In this document: piece after piece, positions 16,137 to 23,607 of the stretch | Layout: each line of letters begins with the position of its first letter | Numbering within the stretch: the stretch's first letter is position 1 | IMG/VR virus record: IMGVR_UViG_3300014613_000063 | Location: 1-33,137 of that record | Direction: 5' to 3' (one strand) | DNA: 33,137 bases | DNA from: a virus | Taxonomy: Duplodnaviria > Caudoviricetes | Position numbers and translations under genes: made by a program | The notes under the pieces: generated by a model | What the model saw: only the letters and a program-made list of their open reading frames with translations | What the model was told of the DNA's origin: nothing | The model's database searches: none

Positions 16137-16977
16137 TAAGACATTTCAGGTAGCAACTTGGGATGGTTCCAATGAAGGTGAAAAAATTATTGTTTACGCC
16201 GATTCGGGTATGGGTAAAACGACACTTGCTTCAATGTTGCCCACACCTGTTTTCGCCGGTCTTGATGACGGCGGTCGTAAAATCAGAAATCCTAAAACTG
16301 GCGAGAAGTTAAAATATATTCCGGGCATAGAAACATTTGATGATTATAGAATGGTAACACAACAATTAGATCTTTTCAATGATTACGAATCATATGTTAC
16401 TGATACTGGTACCATTCTTGAAAGTTGGGTACTCCCTTGGGTGCTTGAAAATATAAAAAACAGCAAAGGTGAGTCAATGAGGCACATTAAACAGTATGGA
16501 TACGGTGACGGCCACCGTCACATATACGACACCATGCGTTTACCACTCGCAGATTATGATGCTTTAATCCGGCGTGGCAAAAATGTCTGTATCCTTTGCC
16601 AAATGCAACAAGCTGAAATAGCTCACTCCGGCGGTGAAAATTATTTATGTGATGTTCCTAAATTAGCCCTTCAATACGGCAAAGTAGCTCCGTCAATTTG
16701 GGGTATGTGGTGCGAATGGGCCGATCATGTATTTAAGATCAGCAATGAGGGCGTGATAGCTGCTAAAGACGATGATAAAGCCAAAATTGCCAAGGCTACT
16801 TCAACCGGTAATAGGATTATTCATGTCCACGCTCCTGAAGTACACTATAAAGCTAAGTCGCGGAGTATACCACCAAAGTTTCCAGTGGTATCGTTTGATA
16901 GTCCGGCTGACGATTCGATATGGCGGTTCTTGTTTGATGAGGTATGGCGTGACATCCCAGAGGAAGGTGGTGACTAA
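16030..16977 (+). CDS. AAA_24 / Sak4-like phage recombination ATPase
   Basis: Walker A YADSGMGKTT, YGYGDG, EWADHV, KAKSR. Pro/Lys-rich N-terminal tail and AGGAG SD. Confidence 0.8.
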   Translation: MTLPKTPPPKKSLPKAPPAPVSAQPKAAKKETQKVNKTFQVATWDGSNEGEKIIVYADSGMGKTTLASMLPTPVFAGLDDGGRKIRNPKTGEKLKYIPGIETFDDYRMVTQQLDLFNDYESYVTDTGTILESWVLPWVLENIKNSKGESMRHIKQYGYGDGHRHIYDTMRLPLADYDALIRRGKNVCILCQMQQAEIAHSGGENYLCDVPKLALQYGKVAPSIWGMWCEWADHVFKISNEGVIAAKDDDKAKIAKATSTGNRIIHVHAPEVHYKAKSRSIPPKFPVVSFDSPADDSIWRFLFDEVWRDIPEEGGD

Positions 16978-17336
16978 TGGGCATAAAATTAAGAGGACCA
17001 GCACCCGGTAGAGCAGATCCATGTCCCTGTGGTTCCGGGTTGAAGTTCAAACATTGTCATGGTGATGGTGGAAAACAAGCGGCATGTGATCGTGTAGCAT
17101 TTGAACATATGTCACTGCTGATAATAAAGGAACAACATAAACGTAACATCATATCAGATGAACAGTATAATGCGTTCATGCGGAGATATGATCCTAAAAT
17201 AACAAAAGAACCAGTGACGGAAAAAGACGTGAACGATCTAATAGCAAGTACAGGGCTAACACGGTGTGCTTCGTGCGGTACACCGATACCGGATACTGAA
17301 AAACTATGTGTCGTTTGTAAAAGGAAAAAACCATGA
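16977..17336 (+). CDS. SEC-C metal-binding motif protein with C-terminal zinc ribbon
   Basis: PGRADPCPCGSGLKFKHCHG and CASCG...LCVVC. Confidence 0.85.
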   Translation: MGIKLRGPAPGRADPCPCGSGLKFKHCHGDGGKQAACDRVAFEHMSLLIIKEQHKRNIISDEQYNAFMRRYDPKITKEPVTEKDVNDLIASTGLTRCASCGTPIPDTEKLCVVCKRKKP

Positions 17337-17509
17337 ATGATGTAATTGAAGAAATAGCTAAAGACGATGAACTAAGAGAATTACTTATGCAAGTGTTCAA
17401 ATGGCGAAGTAGAAACGGTCATTATGCTTTAAGCTGTAATGTTGCTGTAATTGAATTAGCTGAACGTATCTATGAAAAAACAGGAATAGATTTAGAACAA
17501 TATACTTAA
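17333..17509 (+). CDS. small hypothetical protein (58 aa)
   Basis: MNDVIEEIAKDDELRELLMQVFKW..., with ATGA overlap and AAGGA SD. Confidence 0.6.
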   Translation: MNDVIEEIAKDDELRELLMQVFKWRSRNGHYALSCNVAVIELAERIYEKTGIDLEQYT

Positions 17510-17735
17510 TTAGAAAGGGTAAAATATGAATGTTTGGAAAGTAGCTATAAGTGGCGAAGAGATAGGATGTTTTGATACTTATCATGGATTGGCAGAAACA
17601 GGGAAAGGAGCAGGAGATAAAGCTCTGGCATTGGCCCAAAAAGAAGCCAAAGAAGATAAAAATTTCAATGATGAATTATATACTTCGGAAATAAGTTTTG
17701 TAGCATGTATAGAATTTTAATTAGAAAGGGTAAAA
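17506..17735 (+). repeat. 19-bp exact direct repeat (stop plus SD) flanking one small gene
   Basis: TTAATTAGAAAGGGTAAAA at 17506-17524 and 17717-17735. Confidence 0.85.
17526..17720 (+). CDS. small hypothetical protein
   Basis: 64-aa ORF lying between the two 19-bp repeats. Confidence 0.7.
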   Translation: MNVWKVAISGEEIGCFDTYHGLAETGKGAGDKALALAQKEAKEDKNFNDELYTSEISFVACIEF

Positions 17736-17736
17736 C

Positions 17737-18669
17737 ATGGGACTCGATCGTATTGGAACATTTCATTGTAAAGTTCTTGAGTACGGAGTAGACGGCAAGG
17801 AATCGCAAAAACTAAATAGAGTATTGCCGTGGTTTAATGTGAGAGTTTTTCTAACAGAGATCTATGATGCAAAAGAAGGACGATGGCTCGATTACAGTGA
17901 GTACAACGCCGAGATCACTGCGTATCTGTGCCTTTATGGTTCCATTAAAAAGAAGGGTGGAGAGATCGGACCTACGCTTAGTATGGATCAAGTCAAGAAG
18001 GTCTTTAATTGGGATGGCAGATCATTAGCTGCACTCGCCGCTGGTAAATACACTGATCTTGAGTTCCAGGTTAGAATAGGCGAGAATACTTACGAAGAAG
18101 CTACATATCCATATCAAGTCAACTGGATTGATGTATATGATGCCGAGCCGGGACAACAACTTCGTAAGCTTGATGCTAAAGAACTAAAAGATCTTGACAA
18201 ACAATTTGCTGCTCTTGGTGCACAACATGCGACACCAAAACCTACAGCAACTGCCGTCAAAGCACCGGCTAAAATTACCAAAGGTTCAGTCACAATGTGT
18301 TCAGCACAAGTACCAGCCGATGAGGGTATACCGCCAACACCAGAAGAAAAACAGCGTAAACTTGCTGAAAAATCAGCTAAGATTAGGGCTGCGGCTAAGA
18401 AGGCTTCAACACCACCTCCGCCTAAACCACCATCAAAAGCCGCTAAAGTGCCATTACCAAAGGTTGATAAAACTGCGTGTACTATGGGTGAAGCGTGGAA
18501 TGACATTATACAACTACGTGATCCCACCATTGATGATGATACAATCACTGAAGTGTGGCATAGTTCCATCGCTGAAATCGCTGGTCCCGATGCCACATCA
18601 GAGACTATCACCGAGGAACAGTGGTATCAGATCGGGCAGAAAACACTTGAACACGTTGCTAAGTTTTAA
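17737..18669 (+). CDS. putative single-stranded DNA-binding protein with Pro/Ala/Lys-rich linker
   Basis: Beta-rich N-terminal domain, low-complexity linker and acidic helical tail. It lies between the Sak4-like ATPase and the primase, so the call is largely positional. Confidence 0.5.
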   Translation: MGLDRIGTFHCKVLEYGVDGKESQKLNRVLPWFNVRVFLTEIYDAKEGRWLDYSEYNAEITAYLCLYGSIKKKGGEIGPTLSMDQVKKVFNWDGRSLAALAAGKYTDLEFQVRIGENTYEEATYPYQVNWIDVYDAEPGQQLRKLDAKELKDLDKQFAALGAQHATPKPTATAVKAPAKITKGSVTMCSAQVPADEGIPPTPEEKQRKLAEKSAKIRAAAKKASTPPPPKPPSKAAKVPLPKVDKTACTMGEAWNDIIQLRDPTIDDDTITEVWHSSIAEIAGPDATSETITEEQWYQIGQKTLEHVAKF

Positions 18670-18680
18670 TAAATAAGAAT

Positions 18681-18788
18681 GTCGATAGGTAGGATAGTGC
18701 AACCGAGCACAAGGACTTCCTCTGGCTGAGGGCATTCTGCTTGTTCGATTCAAGGCAGTAGGGTCTGTCGGGAATCCTACCTATCGAC
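18681..18788 (+). ncRNA. candidate structured RNA with a tRNA-type T-loop
   Basis: Perfect 15-bp closing helix GTCGATAGGTAGGAT / ATCCTACCTATCGAC enclosing GTGC/GCAC, CCTC/GAGG and CTGCTTG-TTCGATT-CAAGGCAG hairpins. Confidence 0.65.
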
Positions 18789-18791
18789 TTT

Positions 18792-21086
18792 ATGGAGAAC
18801 ATGATGGATCTAACATTTGCCGAACAGTTTGAAGTATTCAAGAATAATGTAAATACAGGGATGTTAGAACTCTTTGCCGAAGAACTTAATGTAACTGTAG
18901 AATCTCTGGAAAAACTCGGAGTAGGATATTATCCAGGTGAGTATGCCTGGATTTTTGCTGAACGTGATGCTAAGGGTGACATCATTGGTTTACTTAGACG
19001 ATACCATAATGGTAAAAAATTTACAACAGAAGGATCTAAACGAGGATTGATCTATGCTTTTAATCAAGACCACGAAATAGGAGATAAAAGATATGACGCG
19101 GGAAAGTGTCAATGGATCAATATCCAAGACCGAGCAGATCTCATCTGCCCAATCTGTGCGAGTACAAGATGGTGTATGGTATCATCTGACAACCCAGAGG
19201 ATCCATCTGCTGTCATATGCAATCGTATACATGAAGGCTCAATACGAGAATTACCAGGTGGCGGGCATCTTCATATTCGCAAACGACAACAAAATAAAGG
19301 AACTGCTTCGATTCTCCCAGATACCGATTTACCGATCATCATTGTGGAAGGAGCATCTGACGTGCTGGCGGCTATGGATCTGGGCTTTGTGGCGATTGGC
19401 CGGCCTTTTGCTAAAGGGGGTATGGCGATCATTCGTGAAATGCCTCTGGCGGGTAAAGAAGTTTGGATTATAGGTGACAATGATGCTGGTATTGGCAAAA
19501 AGGGAATGCAAAAAACATATCTTAACATCAAAAATATGGTCGAGGATATTAAGTGCATTCTCCCGCCAGAAGGAATTAAAGATCTGCGACAATGGGTACA
19601 ACGCGGTTTAACACAAGGGACATTATTTGAGTATGTTGGTAAACATGCTGAGAAAGCTGAATTAATTGATCCTAATTTATTTGCAAGTGATGTAGCTTAT
19701 CTTATAGCCGAACGATTTATGAATGAATCTCATATGTTAAACGGCGTGCCTATACTACGAAGTTATCGTGGTCAGTGGATAGAATGGAAGGAAGACCACT
19801 ATGAAAACCTGTCGATGTCGGCATTCAAAGGTAATTTGTATAAGTTTCTCGAAGGTAAAGAGTATGTAAAGGTGACTGCACAAGGTTTAGAAGTAGCACC
19901 TTATAAACCTACCAGGGCGAAAGTGAATGATATTATCGATGCTTTAAACACATGGTGTCCGATAGAAAGAGATCCCCCTGTCTGGTTAGATGATAAGGAC
20001 CATCCGCACCCTAATAATCTTATCATCTTCAAAAATGGTATGCTTGACGTAGAAAATTACATAAAAACAGGTTGTACAGACTTGCTACCGTCTAACCCTC
20101 GATTATTTACCTATAGTATTTTCCCCTATGATTATGATCCTGATGCCGAATCCAATTTGTGTATAGATACTTATAACCAAATACTTAATGAAGATATTGA
20201 ATGTATAGAAACGCTATCTCAATGGTTTGGTTATAATGTTGTGCCGGATATGACCCAGGAAAAAGTGATGCTCTTTATTGGCGATCCGAGAACAGGGAAA
20301 GGTACTATACTCGAAACACTGCATAGTATGCTTGGTAAAAACCAATATTGTGCTACCAGTTTTCAAGCATTGGCCAACACACATGGATTATCTTCACTAA
20401 CGGGCAAACTTGCTGCCACACTTGGTGATGCGAGAACACCGAGAAGAGGTGAAGCTGATGCTGCTCTTCAAACGATATTGCAGATAAGCGGCGGTGATCC
20501 AGTGACAATAAATCCTAAGTATATCACATCATTTGATGTTTATTTGACTTGTAGATTTACCATAGCTATGAATAATCTTCCTGGTTTTTCAGATCCGGCT
20601 AAAGCACTTGTAGCCAGATCTATCATTCTCGATTTTCCTAATTCATATGTTGGCAAAGAAGATTTCACTCTTAAAGAACGTATGAAGAAGGAAGCCAGTG
20701 AAGGTAAACTGATTAATTTTGCTTTGCGCGGCCTGAAAAGTTTAAGAGAGCAAGGCAAGTTTACTATGCCGAAGTCTTCGGCACCACTCTTACAACAACT
20801 GACAGAGATAACAGCACCAGTTACAGCTTTTGCTGGTGAGTGTTGCGAGAAACATCCGAAAGTTTTTGTACTTGCAGATCAGTTATATGAAGCCTGGGCA
20901 TGTTGGTGTCATAAATCAGGACATAAAGCCGGCAACAAAAATTACTTCGGTCGTTGGCTTAAACAAGCATGTCCAACTGTTGTACAGTTTCGTCCATTGG
21001 TGGATGGTAGAAGACAGTATTGTTATAAGGGTATCGCCCTACAAGATTGGGTGTACTCGCAGTATTTAGGTAGACCTAAAGGTTAG
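18792..21086 (+). CDS. primase-helicase (TOPRIM plus zinc finger plus P4/D5-type SF3 helicase)
   Basis: IVEGASD and IGDND (TOPRIM), CPICASTRWC...C, FKNGMLD, Walker A GDPRTGKGT, ISGGD, MNNLP. The true start is probably 18801 or 18804, behind GGAG. Confidence 0.9.
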   Translation: MENMMDLTFAEQFEVFKNNVNTGMLELFAEELNVTVESLEKLGVGYYPGEYAWIFAERDAKGDIIGLLRRYHNGKKFTTEGSKRGLIYAFNQDHEIGDKRYDAGKCQWINIQDRADLICPICASTRWCMVSSDNPEDPSAVICNRIHEGSIRELPGGGHLHIRKRQQNKGTASILPDTDLPIIIVEGASDVLAAMDLGFVAIGRPFAKGGMAIIREMPLAGKEVWIIGDNDAGIGKKGMQKTYLNIKNMVEDIKCILPPEGIKDLRQWVQRGLTQGTLFEYVGKHAEKAELIDPNLFASDVAYLIAERFMNESHMLNGVPILRSYRGQWIEWKEDHYENLSMSAFKGNLYKFLEGKEYVKVTAQGLEVAPYKPTRAKVNDIIDALNTWCPIERDPPVWLDDKDHPHPNNLIIFKNGMLDVENYIKTGCTDLLPSNPRLFTYSIFPYDYDPDAESNLCIDTYNQILNEDIECIETLSQWFGYNVVPDMTQEKVMLFIGDPRTGKGTILETLHSMLGKNQYCATSFQALANTHGLSSLTGKLAATLGDARTPRRGEADAALQTILQISGGDPVTINPKYITSFDVYLTCRFTIAMNNLPGFSDPAKALVARSIILDFPNSYVGKEDFTLKERMKKEASEGKLINFALRGLKSLREQGKFTMPKSSAPLLQQLTEITAPVTAFAGECCEKHPKVFVLADQLYEAWACWCHKSGHKAGNKNYFGRWLKQACPTVVQFRPLVDGRRQYCYKGIALQDWVYSQYLGRPKG

Positions 21087-21096
21087 GAGAACAGAA

Positions 21097-21540
21097 ATGA
21101 ATTTAACAGAACAAGTTGGAAAAATTTTAAGAGAAAATACAAAAACACCTGATCCTGGATTTGTAGTATCAATTCATCAGATTAATGATGATTGGTTCGT
21201 AGCTGAATTTACAGTTTCCGTGAAAGAATATAAAAACTGGTTTGACCATTTACGAAACAAAGGAAGAATATGGCATTTCAAAATTACGGTACCATATTTT
21301 ATAAAAAGTTTGGTCGCCGCTAAAAAAATATCAGATGATGAACTTCGTAAAGCGTTATATTGGGATATGGATGAAATAATATCTTTCAAATTACGCAAAC
21401 GAGCGAAAAGAAGCCAATTACGTAAATGGGGGAAAGTTTATCAAGATGTAGATGAAAAATTACGAACAATGTTTTGTGCCTGCGGAAATGAAAAAGATGG
21501 TAAACGGTACCATTATAAAAAGAGTAGAGGTTTTAATTGA
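21097..21540 (+). CDS. basic hypothetical protein
   Basis: 147-aa ORF with AGGAG SD. Confidence 0.75.
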   Translation: MNLTEQVGKILRENTKTPDPGFVVSIHQINDDWFVAEFTVSVKEYKNWFDHLRNKGRIWHFKITVPYFIKSLVAAKKISDDELRKALYWDMDEIISFKLRKRAKRSQLRKWGKVYQDVDEKLRTMFCACGNEKDGKRYHYKKSRGFN

Positions 21541-21552
21541 AAAGGAACAAAA

Positions 21553-22029
21553 ATGAAAGACAAGAAAAACATTCTATTAGTAGTAGCATGTATCGTATGC
21601 CTGGCCGTGATCAGTTGCCGATCCATGATGGACCGGGTGACACCATGCACGGTAACAGAACAATCCTATGAATATGTTCATGGATCGCTCGATGGTTTCA
21701 AGGAAATCGATTCGCTGCATAACGCTAAGAAACTTCGTACTGAGATCGTAATTAAACATCGTACAGAGCAGATCGGCTATCTTCGAGCAGCAGAAGATGA
21801 TAACAATGCTAATAGTGATGCCATCGGTTTCATAACGGGTAACATTAAAGAGGCTGAGTATTTTCAAGGTGTCATTGTCGGTAATGAAGATCAACCGTTT
21901 AGTCTACTTGGGATACTTGCGGGCTTCACAGGCGGTACCGCCATTGGTCGTGCTCTGAAGCGTAAGGGCGATTACAGTCCCGAAGAAGTTGAGACTATCG
22001 TGGCCAAGGCTAAAAGGAGAGTGGATTGA
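21553..22029 (+). CDS. putative lipoprotein/membrane protein
   Basis: Basic N-terminus plus hydrophobic stretch ending LAVISC (lipobox-like). A second Gly-rich hydrophobic stretch lies near the C-terminus. Confidence 0.65.
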   Translation: MKDKKNILLVVACIVCLAVISCRSMMDRVTPCTVTEQSYEYVHGSLDGFKEIDSLHNAKKLRTEIVIKHRTEQIGYLRAAEDDNNANSDAIGFITGNIKEAEYFQGVIVGNEDQPFSLLGILAGFTGGTAIGRALKRKGDYSPEEVETIVAKAKRRVD

Positions 22030-22682
22030 TGAAACAATTAACATGTGGCGACTGTGTATATTTTACTGGATCCCGATGGTGTTACCAAATGAGATTTACA
22101 GAGGGGGCAAAAGATCCAGTAACAACATGTCCTAACTTTGAAAGGAAATTTATGCCAAATATTAAAATCACAGCAGAAGTAGACGGCAGACAAGTGCCGT
22201 TGGAAAACATCAGTACAGAAACGTTTGAAGCGATCAAAGCATTGGAAAAGCCGTTTGTCTGCCCTAAAGGGTGGGTGATAGAGTTTGAAGATTGGGACGG
22301 TGATTGCGGATGGCGTATTATGAAAGATAAAGTTGAATATTTACATAAAGACTTTGCAGTTAAAGTTGGTACAGGTTGGGATGGACATGAATATGGTGAA
22401 GCCCCTGGTTACTGGCCGACTAAAAAAGCCGCAGAGGATGCACTGAAACAGTATTTGAAAAAGTCGAAGAAGACTTCGACTTCAGCGATGCGATTAGCGA
22501 CTTTTCCCAATGGTGAACGTAGATTAATATTCAAAGTAACAGAAGAGATGGCGGAACACAAAAATCAATATGTTGCTATAAATCCTGATGATGGGCGTGT
22601 GTATGGTCATTGGCCAGGAGAAAATGATAAGAATTGTGGTGAAGGTTATGGTTATAGTTACGAGAATATTAGAACCCTATGA
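22029..22682 (+). CDS. mosaic hypothetical protein sharing a domain with 6935-7615
   Basis: N-terminal CxxC..C..C module, an internal in-frame SD plus ATG at 22152, and a central FVCP..W...DCGW...GEAPGYWPTKKAAEDAL domain. Confidence 0.75.
   Translation: MKQLTCGDCVYFTGSRWCYQMRFTEGAKDPVTTCPNFERKFMPNIKITAEVDGRQVPLENISTETFEAIKALEKPFVCPKGWVIEFEDWDGDCGWRIMKDKVEYLHKDFAVKVGTGWDGHEYGEAPGYWPTKKAAEDALKQYLKKSKKTSTSAMRLATFPNGERRLIFKVTEEMAEHKNQYVAINPDDGRVYGHWPGENDKNCGEGYGYSYENIRTL
22395..22457 (+). repeat. exact 63-bp direct repeat, copy 2
   Basis: Identical to 7541-7603. Confidence 0.95.
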
Positions 22683-23038
22683 CTCACTTCCAATCCAGAA
22701 CACACATAATCCTGTGGCTTGAAAGTAACTGTTCGCGGAAAGCCATCACGCGTGCCCTGTATGAAGGCCAGGTTGAGTTCTTCGGGGGGTTCAAACCGAT
22801 TCCCCCGACAACTCATCCTGGCTGGATCATACGAATAACATCTGCACATGGTCGGACCTGGTATATAGCTGTGATCTGTTATGATCGCCGTTATGGAATT
22901 AGGATTCTTAAAGATGTGCCGTGGGGGAATTGGGTCGGTACATACATGTGGGGTGCGTTTAGGCCGCAGCTACATAGTGGCGATCACCCCGAAGAATATT
23001 TAGAGCTCAGGAGAATTTGGAATGATGAACATAAATGA
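22679..23038 (+). CDS. hypothetical protein
   Basis: 119-aa ORF, ATGA-coupled. Confidence 0.7.
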   Translation: MTHFQSRTHIILWLESNCSRKAITRALYEGQVEFFGGFKPIPPTTHPGWIIRITSAHGRTWYIAVICYDRRYGIRILKDVPWGNWVGTYMWGAFRPQLHSGDHPEEYLELRRIWNDEHK

Positions 23039-23312
23039 AGTATTCATGTTTATAATCAAAGACTCGCATGATAGAATAATCATTGACAAAACGATATTTG
23101 AGAGATTAACTAATATGGGGGCAATGCCGATACTTTGGTGTCGTGATGGTCTGTTTTGTGTAATACCCGAAGAAGTAACTCTAAATGCTCTAAACTCAGC
23201 TAAATCATTTCAACAAATAGATCTAAAACAAACACCGCCTGTAGTAGAAATACATTGGTCCCAAGGTATACCGATAAGTAACCAGGTTGGTAGGGCATTG
23301 GTGGGAGAATAA
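23022..23312 (+). CDS. hypothetical protein
   Basis: 96-aa ORF with AGGAG SD. Confidence 0.65.
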   Translation: MMNINEVFMFIIKDSHDRIIIDKTIFERLTNMGAMPILWCRDGLFCVIPEEVTLNALNSAKSFQQIDLKQTPPVVEIHWSQGIPISNQVGRALVGE

Positions 23313-23313
23313 G

Positions 23314-23454
23314 ATGAGTTTTTATAAAAGTACATTTAAGAGATTGATCTATATTATTCCAACGATAGTAATTGGAAAACATAAAAGATCATTTCCTTTT
23401 TACTGGCATATAGAAGTGCGTTGGTTAAATTTCTTTATAGGGGTGCAATGGTAA
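23314..23454 (+). CDS. small hypothetical protein (46 aa), last + strand gene
   Basis: MSFYKSTFKRLIYIIPTIVIGKHKRSFPFYWHIEVRWLNFFIGVQW, with GGGAG SD. Confidence 0.55.
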   Translation: MSFYKSTFKRLIYIIPTIVIGKHKRSFPFYWHIEVRWLNFFIGVQW

Positions 23455-23458
23455 TGGA

Positions 23459-23605
23459 TTATTTAGCAACCAAACTGATGACAGCGGCGATTAAAGCACC
23501 CCACACCATTAGTTTATATTTACTCTGATCTTTAATCCAGTCTTTGATCCACTTGATGTCTTGTCTTACTTCGATTAATAGTTCGTCGCGTTCTGAATCT
23601 GTCAT
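23459..23605 (-). CDS. small coiled-coil plus C-terminal TM protein (XhlA/holin-like)
   Basis: MTDSERDELLIEVRQDIKWIKDWIKDQSKYKLMVWGALIAAVISLVAK. Start taken at the ATG just after the stop of the large gene. Confidence 0.6.
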   Translation of the reverse strand: MTDSERDELLIEVRQDIKWIKDWIKDQSKYKLMVWGALIAAVISLVAK

Positions 23606-23607
23606 AA

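Noticed and set aside
18681-18788. Canonical tRNA gene
   Set aside because: T-loop and D-arm-like parts are present, but there is no 7-bp acceptor stem adjoining the T-arm, no 7-nt anticodon loop and no CCA. Kept only as a tRNA-like candidate.
7541-22457. Diversity-generating retroelement TR/VR pair
   Set aside because: The repeat is exact rather than differing at adenines, both copies are coding, and no reverse transcriptase is present in the window.
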